64,000 nucleotides of DNA from Plasmodiophora brassicae (lineage: Eukaryota), in contig CP145417.1 of NCBI GenBank assembly GCA_036867785.1, forward strand, positions 310,001 through 374,000. The letters run 5' to 3'. Below are positions 1 through 11,064 of the stretch, piece after piece. How positions within the stretch are numbered: the first letter of the stretch is position 1; each line of letters begins with the position of its first letter. The notes beneath the pieces are model-generated. The model saw nothing but the letters and a program-made list of their open reading frames with translations, was not told where the DNA came from and made no database searches. The position numbers were made by a program, and so were the translations under genes.

Positions 1-964
1 CAGCGGTCGCCGAGGATGGACGCGATCAGGGAGCGGACGCACGCGGCTATGCCATGGTAGGTGCTCCCCTTCAGTTTGATGATCTCGTACGCGCGGTCCC
101 GTGTCTGAATCGCCGTCTCGCGAAGGAAGTCCTCGTCGATATTCGGGAACGCGGACAGGGGTGCCCCGCTGTCGATTTCGAACCGACACCGTCAGCGGGG
201 ACCGGTAACGACGACAACAGGCAGCGCAACGTACCCGACGGACACGGTGCTCAGGACAGGAATCTGTTGGTCCCCATGTTCCCCGAGAATGTAGGCATGG
301 ATACTGTACAGCCGGGACGAACCATCAGTGGTGGCACGTGTTCGGGACGTCCAACAACAGGTCACCTGGACGGAGCCAGTGCAAGTCGCTTGGCAATGGC
401 TTCACGGAAGCGCATGCTGTCGAGGAACGTGCCCGAACCGATGACACGCTCGGCGGGCAGTTTGCTGATGCGCTGGAACACAGCAGCCAGTACCTGACAC
501 CGGTCAACAATGGTTGTGGAGGGGCGGCCAGGCGGGAGGCCCTCGTGTTACGTCAACGGGGTTCGACACGATCATGACGATGGAGTCGGGCGCAATCGGC
601 AGGAGGTTTGTGCAGATGTCCTGGAAGATCTGGCAATTCCTGCCGACGAGTTCGTCGCGCGATTCACCCGGGCGCTGCTTGACACCGGCGGTGATGACGA
701 TGACGTTCGACTGGGCGACCTCCGACCACGACCCGTGCCGGACGGCCGTATCGCTCAAGAACGCACCTGCAGGCAGGCACACTCAGCGCGCAGCAAACGC
801 CACGTCGATCTCGTCGGACCATCGGCCAGATCCAGCGCTTCGCCGCGGCACCGCTCCTGCCTGACGTCGACAAGGACGACCTGCTGCGGGATGCCGCTCT
901 GCACCAGGGCGGACGCGATGCTGCTACCGACGGACCCGGCCCCAATGATGCCGACTGTCCCCAT
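1..964 (-). CDS. LDH: L-lactate dehydrogenase (LDH/MDH family), multi-exon, 3' end beyond the window start
   Basis: Spliced exons give the Rossmann motif GIIGAGSVG, GEALDLADG, ITAGVKQRPGESRDELVGRN, IVSNPVDV, RVIGSGTFLDSMRFR, HAYILGEHGD and AYEIIKLKGSTYHGIA. Gln in AGVKQ is the LDH-type specificity residue. ATG at 964. Confidence 0.93.
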
Positions 965-2344
965 CGCAGCGGAAGGCCCGGACCAGGCAGTCGCCCAAAC
1001 CGAATGAAACGTTCGGCCGACAGTTCTCCAGCGAACGATGGATTTTTGTCCACATTCCAGGAGCGTCACACGGCCACCACCAGGTGACAGGAATCTGGAA
1101 GATGCACTATTCCGGAACAGGGCCGCTTCCGGATTATAATACGGTGCAGTGACAAACGTCTGCAGCGCGCGCGGGATGTCAGCATATCGAGGTTGTCGAG
1201 TGGACCATGCCCAGGCGACAAGCGGTCGTCGCTCCACAGGGGGGATTCCATCGCATCCAACCCAGTTCGTCAGATGCCCTGACGACAGGATCGATCGGGG
1301 GTGATTCCCGCCGCTGACTGGCCAGCAGGTGCCACTGCAGAAAATGATGCGGTCACTAGCGATGCATGACGGGTGCCACAGAAAGCAGCGATCCTGAGAC
1401 CGCGCGGCCTTGTCGATCTCGCCGATACTGACGTGGCGGCAAGGGACTTGGTGCCATGAACGACGACGTGGATGATAAAGTGGCAGAATCACTTGCCGAG
1501 CGCAGAAATCAAAGGAAAGTGGGAAGCGACGACACGGGTATCCTCAGCCCTTGTGGTGGTCTATTTAGGACGATCGCAATCCGATTTGAGTCGTCGCTGT
1601 TCGGCACACGTGTCCATGACGTCGGCAGTATCCGGCCGGGATGGTTCGCTACAAATCAGTCGCCGACTGCACAGCGGCCTGAACCAGATTTCGACCTGAA
1701 CGATATCCCCAGCTGGGCCCTGCCAGAGACCCCTCTCCGACATACAGGAATCCTCAAGCGCTGGACGTGCGGTGGCCGGCTGGGCCGTAATTGGTCGATG
1801 ACGATATCGGCAGTGATGCTAGGTACATATAGACAAGAACTGGGCGATACCAGCGGGGATCCACACCAGCGCCTGTCGTTGGCTGGAGTGACCGGTTGCA
1901 ACGATGGCAGCGCAGGTAATGCGAGGGCTTGGGCATCTTGATTAAGGACTGGAAGACACCGCGCCGTTGCTGCCAGACGCATTACGCCTCGTCACGTTTC
2001 CCAGAAAATGATGGATGGACGGTTCCTGGCGCCGCCGCCCGGCGATGGCGACAGCGTTGGCGTTCGCTTGCGCTCTGCGCTTGGACGCGCTCCTCCCCTG
2101 GGCATAACCGACTAGGTACGTGCACACAATGACGCACCAGAGTCGGCCCTGCGGACCAAGGCTCGAGCGACAACAAAGCCAAAGGAGTCCGAGTGCGCGA
2201 CTGCGCCTGCGACTAACTGTGACTGCGCGCCACGCCGCCCTGGCCCACTGGGGGGCTCACTCCACGGCCATTGCGCGCACGACTGTACGTGAGAGGTATT
2301 CGCGTGCGTGACAGCCCTCACTCTGCGCACTGCAAGCGAGTCCG

Positions 2345-2827
2345 AGCAGGCCGCGTGGCGCGTCGCGCGCATAATGTTTGTGGTGAGCAGCCGTCTGCAC
2401 CGGCGTGCGACCAAACGCATGGAGGATCGGGAGGCTCTGGAGGTGGCGCGCGAGCATGCGCGCGCGCGCGCAGCGGAGTCGGCGCGTCCCTTGCTTCAGC
2501 AGTTTGCCACTACGCCCGCGGACCGGATCGCAGGAATATGCTGGGCCCAAAGGAGGCGAACGGAAGCATCGGCGGCTTCCTCGCTAAACAGTGCAGGATC
2601 GAACATTGTCAAGATTTCGTCGAACAGGTCTTCCTTGGAGCAGCGTTGGTCCGCGGGCGTAGCGGCAAACTGCTGAAGCAAGGGACGCGCCGACTCCGCT
2701 GCGCGCGCGCGCGCATGCTCGCGCGCCACCTCCAGAGCCTCCCGATCCTCCATGCGTTTGGTCGCACGCCGGTGCAGACGGCTGCTCACCACAAACATTA
2801 TGCGCGCGACGCGCCACGCGGCCTGCT
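2345..2827. repeat. Near-perfect long inverted repeat (180-bp arms, 123-bp spacer)
   Basis: 2345-2524 is the reverse complement of 2648-2827, with one mismatch seen (GCCACTACG versus GCCGCTACG). The same peptides appear in + and - ORFs here. Confidence 0.97.
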
Positions 2828-3089
2828 ACATGCGCTGGCCGTGGCAATCGTTTATGCTCTCGTTGGGCCGAGATGGCATCTAAAGATGGTATTACAGCCT
2901 GCCGTTTACCCTCATTAACGTATGGTTGCCGTCAAACACCTGGTGTTGGACCGCGAAAGGCGCTCTTGTTCGCGGTCACACGGTGTCATGGCGTGATGAC
3001 AGCAACGACCCATGATACTGGCGTCGATCGTGCGGGCGTACGATGACAGTCTGTGACAGACGACGTACTGAGATTGGTGGTCGGTGACC

Positions 3090-6000
3090 ATGGCGTCGCC
3101 GCCAGACCCGCCGGAGAAGGCCATGCCGGCCGGGTCACCGGCAGCGGGCCAGGCGTCGCCGCCCGCGCCGATTTCCGCGTCTGACTCGGCACCGCCAGCG
3201 ACCGCCGAGTTGCCCGACGATTTCGTATACGCCGATGAAGCGCTCATCAGCCCGTACCTGCCGAACGAGATGTCCCGGTTATGTGCGTCCCTGCATGCGT
3301 CATTGGGTGTCCCGTCCGGCAAACGATCCAACCTGCACCTCCTTCGCGACCCGGACACGATACTCTACGTCGCCGGCAACGTTGTCGTGCTGGTCCCACT
3401 GCACGGCGGTGACCAGCGATTCGTGTTTGGGCACGGCGCGGCGATCGGCTGCATCACGGTCCACCCGTCTGGGAAGCTGTTCGCTATCGGCGAAGTGGGC
3501 GGCCCACCGAACGGCCCACCGTCGATCTACATCTACAACTGGCCGGATCTGACGGTGACGCGCGTCCTGAGGCACGGATCCGAACGGGCCTACAGCGACC
3601 TTGTCTGGGACAAGACCGGCACGCAAATGGCGTCGATCGGTGCCGATCCGGACTACCTGCTGATAATATGGGATTGGAGGCGGGAGCGCGTCATCCTGAG
3701 GACAAAGGCGTTCAGCCAGGAGGTGTTCCGCGTGCATTTCTCCCCGTTCTTCGACGGGCGTCTGGTCACGTCGGGCACCGGGCACATCCGGTTCTGGACC
3801 ATGGCGCAGACCTTCACCGGCATGAAGTTGCAGGGCAGCATTGGCAAATTCGGCAACGTCGAGCTGTCGGACGTGGCGGCGATCGGCCAGCTGCCGGATG
3901 GCAAAGTCGTGTCCGGGACCGAACAGGGCGACCTGCTCGTCTGGGAGGACGCCCTGATCCAGTTCACGATTCGGCAGAAGGACGCGTCGGCGCCGTGCCA
4001 TCGAGGCATGGTCGAGTACATCCGCGTCAGCGACAGGGACCAGACGATGGTGACCGCCGGTCGTGATGGCGTCGTGCACCTGTGGAGCATTGCCGACCTG
4101 GCGTTTGCCGACGTGCCCGAGAACGACCCCGTTCTCCGCCTGCAGCCGCTACGATCGTGGACGTTGGACAGCGTCAGCATCATGGCCATGCACCAGCTGT
4201 CCGACCACCTGTGGCTCGTACAGGACGGCCATGGCACCCTCCTGCAGTGTGTTCTGTCCGAGAACGATGGCTCGACGACGCTGACCTCGCTGGGCGAGTT
4301 CCACTCGGGGCCCATCACGTCGCTGGCCATGTCGCCCGACAGGCACGAATGCATCACGGTCGGGCACGACAGCTCGATTCGCTGCTGGGACATTCTCGAC
4401 ACGTCGGCATCGTCTCGCCCACGCTTCTCAATCAAGTTCCCGCACGCTGGCGCCGCCACCTGCCTCGTCTGGCCGTCGTCCGTCACTCTGGATCCCGCAC
4501 GATCCACCGTTCTCGTGTCGTTCGCCGACGGTACCGTTCGCGCCCTATCGAAGCGAACCGACGGGTTCGTCCTCGTGGGCGTTGCACGCCCGCATCGCAT
4601 GGCAATCACGTCGATTGCGTTGACGAGCGACGGTCTGCTGCTGGCAACGGCCAGTCGCGACTCGACCGTCTTCTTCACGTCGATGGCCGCAGCGAACGGG
4701 ACGGTCACGATGTCGCCGCTGGGGTTCGTCCGGATCGCCTCCATGCCACAGGCACTGTCGTGGCGCGACGACGACGCCGTCTTGATTATGGCGGCTGGGA
4801 CGCAGATCGCGCGCCTGGAACGACCGGACCCCAGCAGGTTCGACACGACGACGACGTTCGAGCTACCGGTATCGGTCACGTACGTCAACGTCCCGCTCGA
4901 CAACGTCGTCAGCCCCGCTCGCCTTCGCCGGATCCGTGCTCGAGCCGAGGCCGCCGCTCTTCAGGAACGGGAACGCGCCGAGGCGGAAGCCAACGCTCCT
5001 CCGGGAACAGTATCGGGGCCGGAACAGCAACAGCAGGAGGTCGTTGCCGCGCCGGTCGAAGCGCACGCCACCGAAGTCGAGGAAGAGCCGTTCACGCAGC
5101 CTGCGATCCGACTGGTTCGTCACGGCCGCAGTGGGAACATCGTGATCGGCCTCGACGGCGACGAGTTCGGCCCGATGCTCTTCGAGGCGCGTTTCGCCCA
5201 GTCGAATGCCGGCGCGGTCGATATCGTATCGCAGACGGAGCTCAGCGGGTTCGGCACGATCTCGTCGGTGGCATTCCTGCCGAGCGCTGTCGTCGCGATC
5301 GGCACCACAGACGGCACCGTTGACGTTCGCCGTTCGGACGACCCGAACGGCCCCGTTCTGCGAATCGCCGCCCATGAACGAGGTGATGTCCAGGTTGGCG
5401 TTTCCGTTGACGGACGCCTGCTGGTGACGGCCGGCGCCGACGGCAACCTGCTCGTGTACCGCGTGGGCATCGAGAAGGCGCTCGAGTACTACCGCCTGAA
5501 GGTGTCCGATCAAGAGATCGCCATGGACGCCGTCGACGACATCGTTGGACCTCTACCGGAACCTCGACCGGATACTGCCGTTGGCGCTGCGACACCCGCC
5601 CCGGCCGCAGACCTGACGGACGCGTCCGCGTACACGTTCGAGGAAGCCAAACGACAGCAGAAACAGGACAACGAGCGGCGTGCCGCCGATGCCAAGAAGG
5701 AGGGCGTTCGCGAGCGGATTGCTAGGCTTCGCAGCGAGTTCGACGACCTCGTCGAGCAGAACGCGAAAGCAGCACGCGAGGAGCGGCTGCCGCCTGGCGA
5801 CCTCGTCATTGACCCGAATCTCGCGACGCGACTGGAGGCAAAGACAGCGGCCAGCATCGAGCAGACGCGTCGGGAGATGGCCTGGCAGACCGAGAAGCAT
5901 GCGGTCGCCCTGCGCAAGCTTCGCGAGTGCTTCCTGGAGCACACGCTGGTGGAACGCATCGAGCTCCACGCCCTGCAGCGCCCGACGTCGGTGACGTCGT

Positions 6001-8651
6001 TCCGAACAGCGGAGCTGAGCGATACGATCAAGGCCGGCGTCGCTGCTGTGCGCGCCCTTCTCGCTTCCTCCGCGTCCGCAAACGCGTCAGCGTCACCGAT
6101 CGTTCCTGGCCCGCAATTGCACGCCTCGAAGGCGTCGGTAGCGACTGCCGTTGACGCCGGCGGGCATGATCCCGACAAGGCTGACCCGGAGGCGGACCCG
6201 AGAGAGAAGCCGGAGCCAACGACATTGGATAAGAACGCGGTCAGGAAGCAGGAGCGCCTGGCGCGTACGCTGCAACGCGCCGAGCTGGAGCGACAGAAGC
6301 CGTCGCCGAACGAGATCAACGCGGCCGATGCGGAAGCGATCCGGGTGGCGCAGGACAACATGGGCGACTACAAGCTGAAGTCGTCGCCGACGTATGTCGT
6401 GCCGTTGTCGGCGCGGGTCAACGCCGAACAGAAACGACGGCAAATGCTGCTGATCCTGGAGAGCTTCCAGTGCATACGAATGGGGTTCAACGAGCGGTTC
6501 CTGGCGCTGCGCGATCTGAAGAAGCGCTTGACCGTGCAGATCGTCGCAGACAACGCGCGCGTTCGCGAGCTGAACACGCTGCTGAACTTACCGACCACCA
6601 GCAGCGACATCTTCGAACCGATCGATCACGCCGACGAATGGCCCGAACGACGTGACATCGTCACCGACGACGACCTCAGGACGTTCGATGCAGAACTTCG
6701 CCGCCAGCAGGAGCAGGAAGCCCTCGCCAAGAAAGGCAACGCGTTCGGTGGAGCCCAGGGAGCCGCACCGCCCGCAGGAGCTCAACCTGACGATGATGAG
6801 TCGTCGTCGTCGTCGTCGTCGGACGAGTCGTCACACTCGGATGGTGGCGGTTCTGCTGGACAGGATGACAGGAACGGTTCCGCAGGCGGTGATAGCGGGA
6901 GCGCTGATGGCAGTGCTAAGATGCATGCGACGCTGATGGCGTCGATATCAAAATCGTCGATGGAGCGTCGAAACGAGGAAGCGCAACGGCGCATGATGCT
7001 GCACGAGCGGTCGACGCTGTTGGAGAAGATCAACACGACGATCAGGACGTTCGACGACGCGGTCGATGAGATGCGCGACGAGAAGTTCCGACTGGAGAAC
7101 GACCTGAAGCAGACCGAGATCCGCATGCTGACCCTGTACCAGGAGCTCCAGCTCTTGAAGTCGTTCGACGACCGCGAGTCGAAGCTGAACGCGCAGCTGG
7201 AGAAGGCGAGGGCCGACAAGGCGCAGGTCGTCCTGGACCTGACCGAATGCCAGGCCAAGATTGCCGATCGCCTGCAGGAGATCGTCGCGTGGCAGCAGAA
7301 GGACCAGAGGATTGCCGCCGAGTTCAACGCAATCGTCGGTGGCGACAAGCACCCATCGTATGCGGCTCTGCTGAAGGTCTTCCGGAAGAAGATCAAACGC
7401 GCCAAGAAGAAGGCCGTCAAGGAGGGCGATGACGACAACGCCAGTAACAACTCGGACGTCAGCGACAGTGACAGCGATGACGATTACATGGACGACAGCA
7501 ACAGCGAGAGCGAAGAAGAGGAGGACGTATGCCCGCCGGACTGTGACAATGCCGTCTACGAACGCGTCCTCGAGCTACGCGAGCGCCGCCTTGACCACGA
7601 AGAGGAACTCGCCGTGTTCAACCGCGCCGTCGACGAGCTGAAGACGCAGAACGAGAGGTTTGTGACGCGCGAGAAGACGATCGACAAGGACCTTCGCGCG
7701 TGCGACCAGGACATTGAATCGTTCCAGTGCGAGAAGCAGCGTGCCCTGAACCAGATCGACGTTGTCGTCCCGTTGCACCTGTCCCAGTTCCAGTACCTGC
7801 AGCCGAACGACGTGTCGCTGCCCGAGAACATCTCCCGGGCCCTGGTCTTCATGCGGTCGTCGTTGGATCGCCTGCAAGGCCGGATTCGCGTCCTGCAGAA
7901 CGAGAAACAGTCGCTGCGACGCGACTACAACGACCTGAAACAGGAGCACAAGTTGCTGACCCGGGCGCTGCGCCAGAAGCACGCCGCTATCGAAGTTGAG
8001 CGGAAGCGCTGCGAGGACGTCCAGATCCTGAAGTTCGGCCGCCTGGTGGACATCGCCACCCTGGAGCTGGCGTCGACGAACACGGCGGCGGTCGAAATCC
8101 TCGACAAGCTCAACAGGCTGCAGAAGATGTGGGCCAGGAAGCTGTCCGCCCTGGACCAGGACATTGCCAATGCCGACGCGGAACTCGCCCAGGTCACGAA
8201 CGAGAACACCAGGCTGCTCCATGTGATCGCTGCGTTAACAGAGCAGCAGTACTCGCTCGAGGACCACCTGAACAAGGCCTCCGAGTCCATCCACGTTGGC
8301 GACAGGTGCGTTCCGGATGCAACGGTTCGCTCTAGCATGTTGTCCTGACACTGTGTCGATTGTCGCAGTGGCGGACCGTCGAACCGGCACGAGATCGAGG
8401 AGCGCATCCGGCTCGTCAAGCTCGTTCGCGGGCAATCCGAGGAGATCGAGGACCTGAAGGCCGAGCTGTCCATGCTGAAACGCAAAGGCGGGTACCTGTA
8501 CGGGCCTGGGCCGGGGCACCCTCCCCCATCGGCGTCGTCGCCACGGCCCACCCTCCCGGACGTCAAGCACGGGCAGCGCGCGGACGACGCCGACGCCGCG
8601 GGCCCGCCTCACATCGATCTCAGCGACGCTACGCCCGGCGACACCCAGTGA
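3090..8651 (+). CDS. CFAP44: Cilia- and flagella-associated protein 44 (WD40 repeats plus long coiled coil)
   Basis: Motifs ILRTKAFSQEVF, TSGTGHIRFWTMAQTFTGMKLQG, DYKLKSSPTYVVP and DVCPPDCDNAVYERVLELRERRLD. A GT-AG intron at 8306-8368 joins a last exon with IEDLKAELSMLKRKGG. Stop at 8649-8651. Confidence 0.92.
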
Positions 8652-8785
8652 CCCCGACGACGGCCGCCCGTGTTTGCCAAATAGAACAAAGATGATCCAT
8701 GTTCGGACACGCGAATACTGTACCAGGAATGACGCCATGCGGTCATGCCGATGGCGACAAGAATAGTGAACGACGAGTGTGATTC

Positions 8786-10912
8786 TCACAGCAGGGCCGT
8801 GCCTCGCAGGGCCTTGTTGCGCGACTGGGTCTCGTGGGCCAGCGCCGTCAACTCGTCGCGGTGCTTGGCGGTCATCCGGTGCCGGTAGTAGCCGACGCCG
8901 ACGGCGATGGCGACCAGGACGAGGAAGACGACCGACCCGGCGATCGCCAGCACCTCTTGCAGCAGCAACGACGAGTCCGGCTGGACGCTGCCGTTGAACG
9001 CGTACGTGTTCGACACGGACGCCGCCACGCTCGCCTGGTTGCACCGGTCGTACACGCAGGTCTGCAGCGATTCGCGGCGCATGGCCAGGTCCGCGTCCGT
9101 CAGCGTCGACGTGTCCAGCAGGGCGCCATCGCACAGCTTCAGCGCGTCGAAGAACGCTTCCTGGTCGGGGCAGGACAGGACGGCGGAGTCCGCGGATGCA
9201 GTCCCGGACGAATTCGCGGACAGCAGGCGACGGGACGCCGCCAGCCACGGCGTCGACTGGAAGTCCAGCGGGGCCCGCGTGAACACATGCGATTGGGCCA
9301 CGCCTGCGAATTGGTCAGTCTGCGGCGCCCGAGACCTTCCCAGGATCACGGCTGCGCACCTTGGAACGGGAGCGACAGGGCCCCGCATCGCAGCGGCGAC
9401 CCGTCCAGGGCGTTGAGGAAGTACCGCGCCATGTCGTTGCTGTTGTCGACCGGGACGCGCAGCGGGCCGTACTCGTACCCGGTCTGGTCGGCGTAGTCCA
9501 CGTCCAGCAGGTCGGTGTAGTCGGTCCAGCTGCCGACGACGCAGTTGTCGCCGAACTCGAACTGGACCGGCCAGGGGAAGTAGTCGTGGGGGGCCTGGTC
9601 GTGGTGCGCGATGCGATGCCATTGCCCAGCGGCCGTCGTCCCATCGTCCCGCACCATGCCGCACAGGCCGTGCGTCCTGCCGAACAGCGGTGTGCACCCG
9701 GCGCCGTCCGCTGGGTCCAGGCAGGACCCGTCCATGGTGACCTTGAAGTACGAGCCGCCGAGCGTGATCGTGACGCCCGAGCAGGTCGACTTGTACGACG
9801 AGGCGGTCGACGCCAGGCGCAACACGACGCAGTGCTTGCCGCACTTGGACGCGTCCTGGTTCCAGTCGTCATCGTCGTTCGCCTGCGAGAACGACCAGGC
9901 CATGGTCGGGTTCGGCGAGAACGTCCAGTGGCTGCTGAACGTCAGCGGCGTCCGGAGGACGTCCCCGTTGTGCACGCTGATCTCCTTCAGCAGGCAGGCG
10001 GCCACCTGGTTCTTCTGGCAGTTCACGTTGATGACGCGAACGTCGCTGCCCTGGACCGGGTTCAGCAACGCGTCGACCCCGGATCCATGACAGTTGTCCA
10101 GGTTCCTCGAGAACTGCGACGCCGCTGTCAGTGAGGCGACGTGCCCCGTTCCGCGTGTGCCGATGGTCTTACGTCGGATCCGAACAGGAGGATGCGGTAG
10201 TGGTTGGCGCAGGAGACCTGCTTGTGGAACATGTGGAAATCGTCGTGCAGGTGCGAGCAGCCCGGGTCCTCGTCGTCCGGGTCGTGGTTGTCGAACGGGC
10301 GCGAGTAGTCCCAGCAGGCGCCGCGCGACAGGCGCGCGTAGACGGCGAACGCGCGGTTGACCACCAGCGGGTACCATCCCCAGCCCACTGGGCAACATCG
10401 TTAGCATGCCATCACCACGTGCACGATTCGGCACACCTACTAAAGTCCTGTCGGCACCCAGAGAACGTCGTGATGTGAATGTCACCGGACTGTGTGTGTG
10501 CCATCGATCGTCAGTGGAAGCGAAGCGGCGCCATCCATGAACGAAACGGTACCGCGACGCAGGTCTGGATCTGGTCGTTCCGGGTGCACTTGTGCTCACT
10601 GTACTTGCGGGTCTGTCTCTTCCCGCGATTGCAATGCTCGTGCGAGCAGTGGCATTGTGGCGTCTGGCAGGTCGACTCAGGCTGGTAGGTCTGCCCACAG
10701 GTTCGGGTTGTGGGTGCTGGGGTCGGCGCGGGCGTCGGCGCCGGCGTTGGAGCGGGTGTCGGCGCGGGCGTCGGTGCAGGCGTCGGCGCCGGTGTCGGCT
10801 CAGGCGTGAGCGGTCCCGGTGGCACCCGACCTGGGTTTGGAGGTGGTTGGGCGACCACCACCACGACAGCCACTACAGCAACAACAACGACGGCAACCAG
10901 CGTCTTCGACAT
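8786..10912 (-). CDS. Type I membrane protein: signal peptide, PTPA repeats, VWD-like and C8-like domains, TM helix
   Basis: N-terminal MSKTLVAVVVVAVVAVVVVVA; spliced TCVASGDIHITTFSGCRQDFMGWGWYPLV; RTHGLCGMV; TCVYDRC; TM VLAIAGSVVFLVLVAIAVGVGYY followed by RHR. Confidence 0.78.
10712..10806 (-). repeat. 12-bp coding tandem repeat (Pro-Thr-Pro-Ala, about 7 units)
   Basis: Translation reads TPEPTPAPTPAPTPAPTPAPTPAPTPAPTPAPT, with synonymous variation among units. Confidence 0.9.
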
Positions 10913-11064
10913 TGCTTTTCCGCGCCTGGGGATATGAAATGGCGATCGACCGGCAATATCTGGATCCGCTGGATACGACCTGATCGCGCGCGGGCCGTAT
11001 CCGGCTGTGCAAATCTGCCCCAGATTCGGCACCCAGATTCTGAGGCTCGATGCTGTAGTATCTA

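Noticed and set aside
2345-2827. Autonomous transposon
   Set aside because: No transposase and no clear target-site duplication. A non-autonomous element cannot be excluded without copy-number data.
6790-6830. (TCG)n microsatellite
   Set aside because: It is an ordinary poly-Ser tract within the CFAP44 coding sequence.
3235-9872. Many long overlapping and antisense ORFs over CFAP44 and the VWD gene
   Set aside because: Shadow ORFs caused by high GC3; they are Arg/Ser/Pro-rich with no recognisable motifs.
10712-10806. Short tandem repeat as a CRISPR array
   Set aside because: It is an in-frame 12-bp coding repeat without spacers, in a eukaryotic genome.
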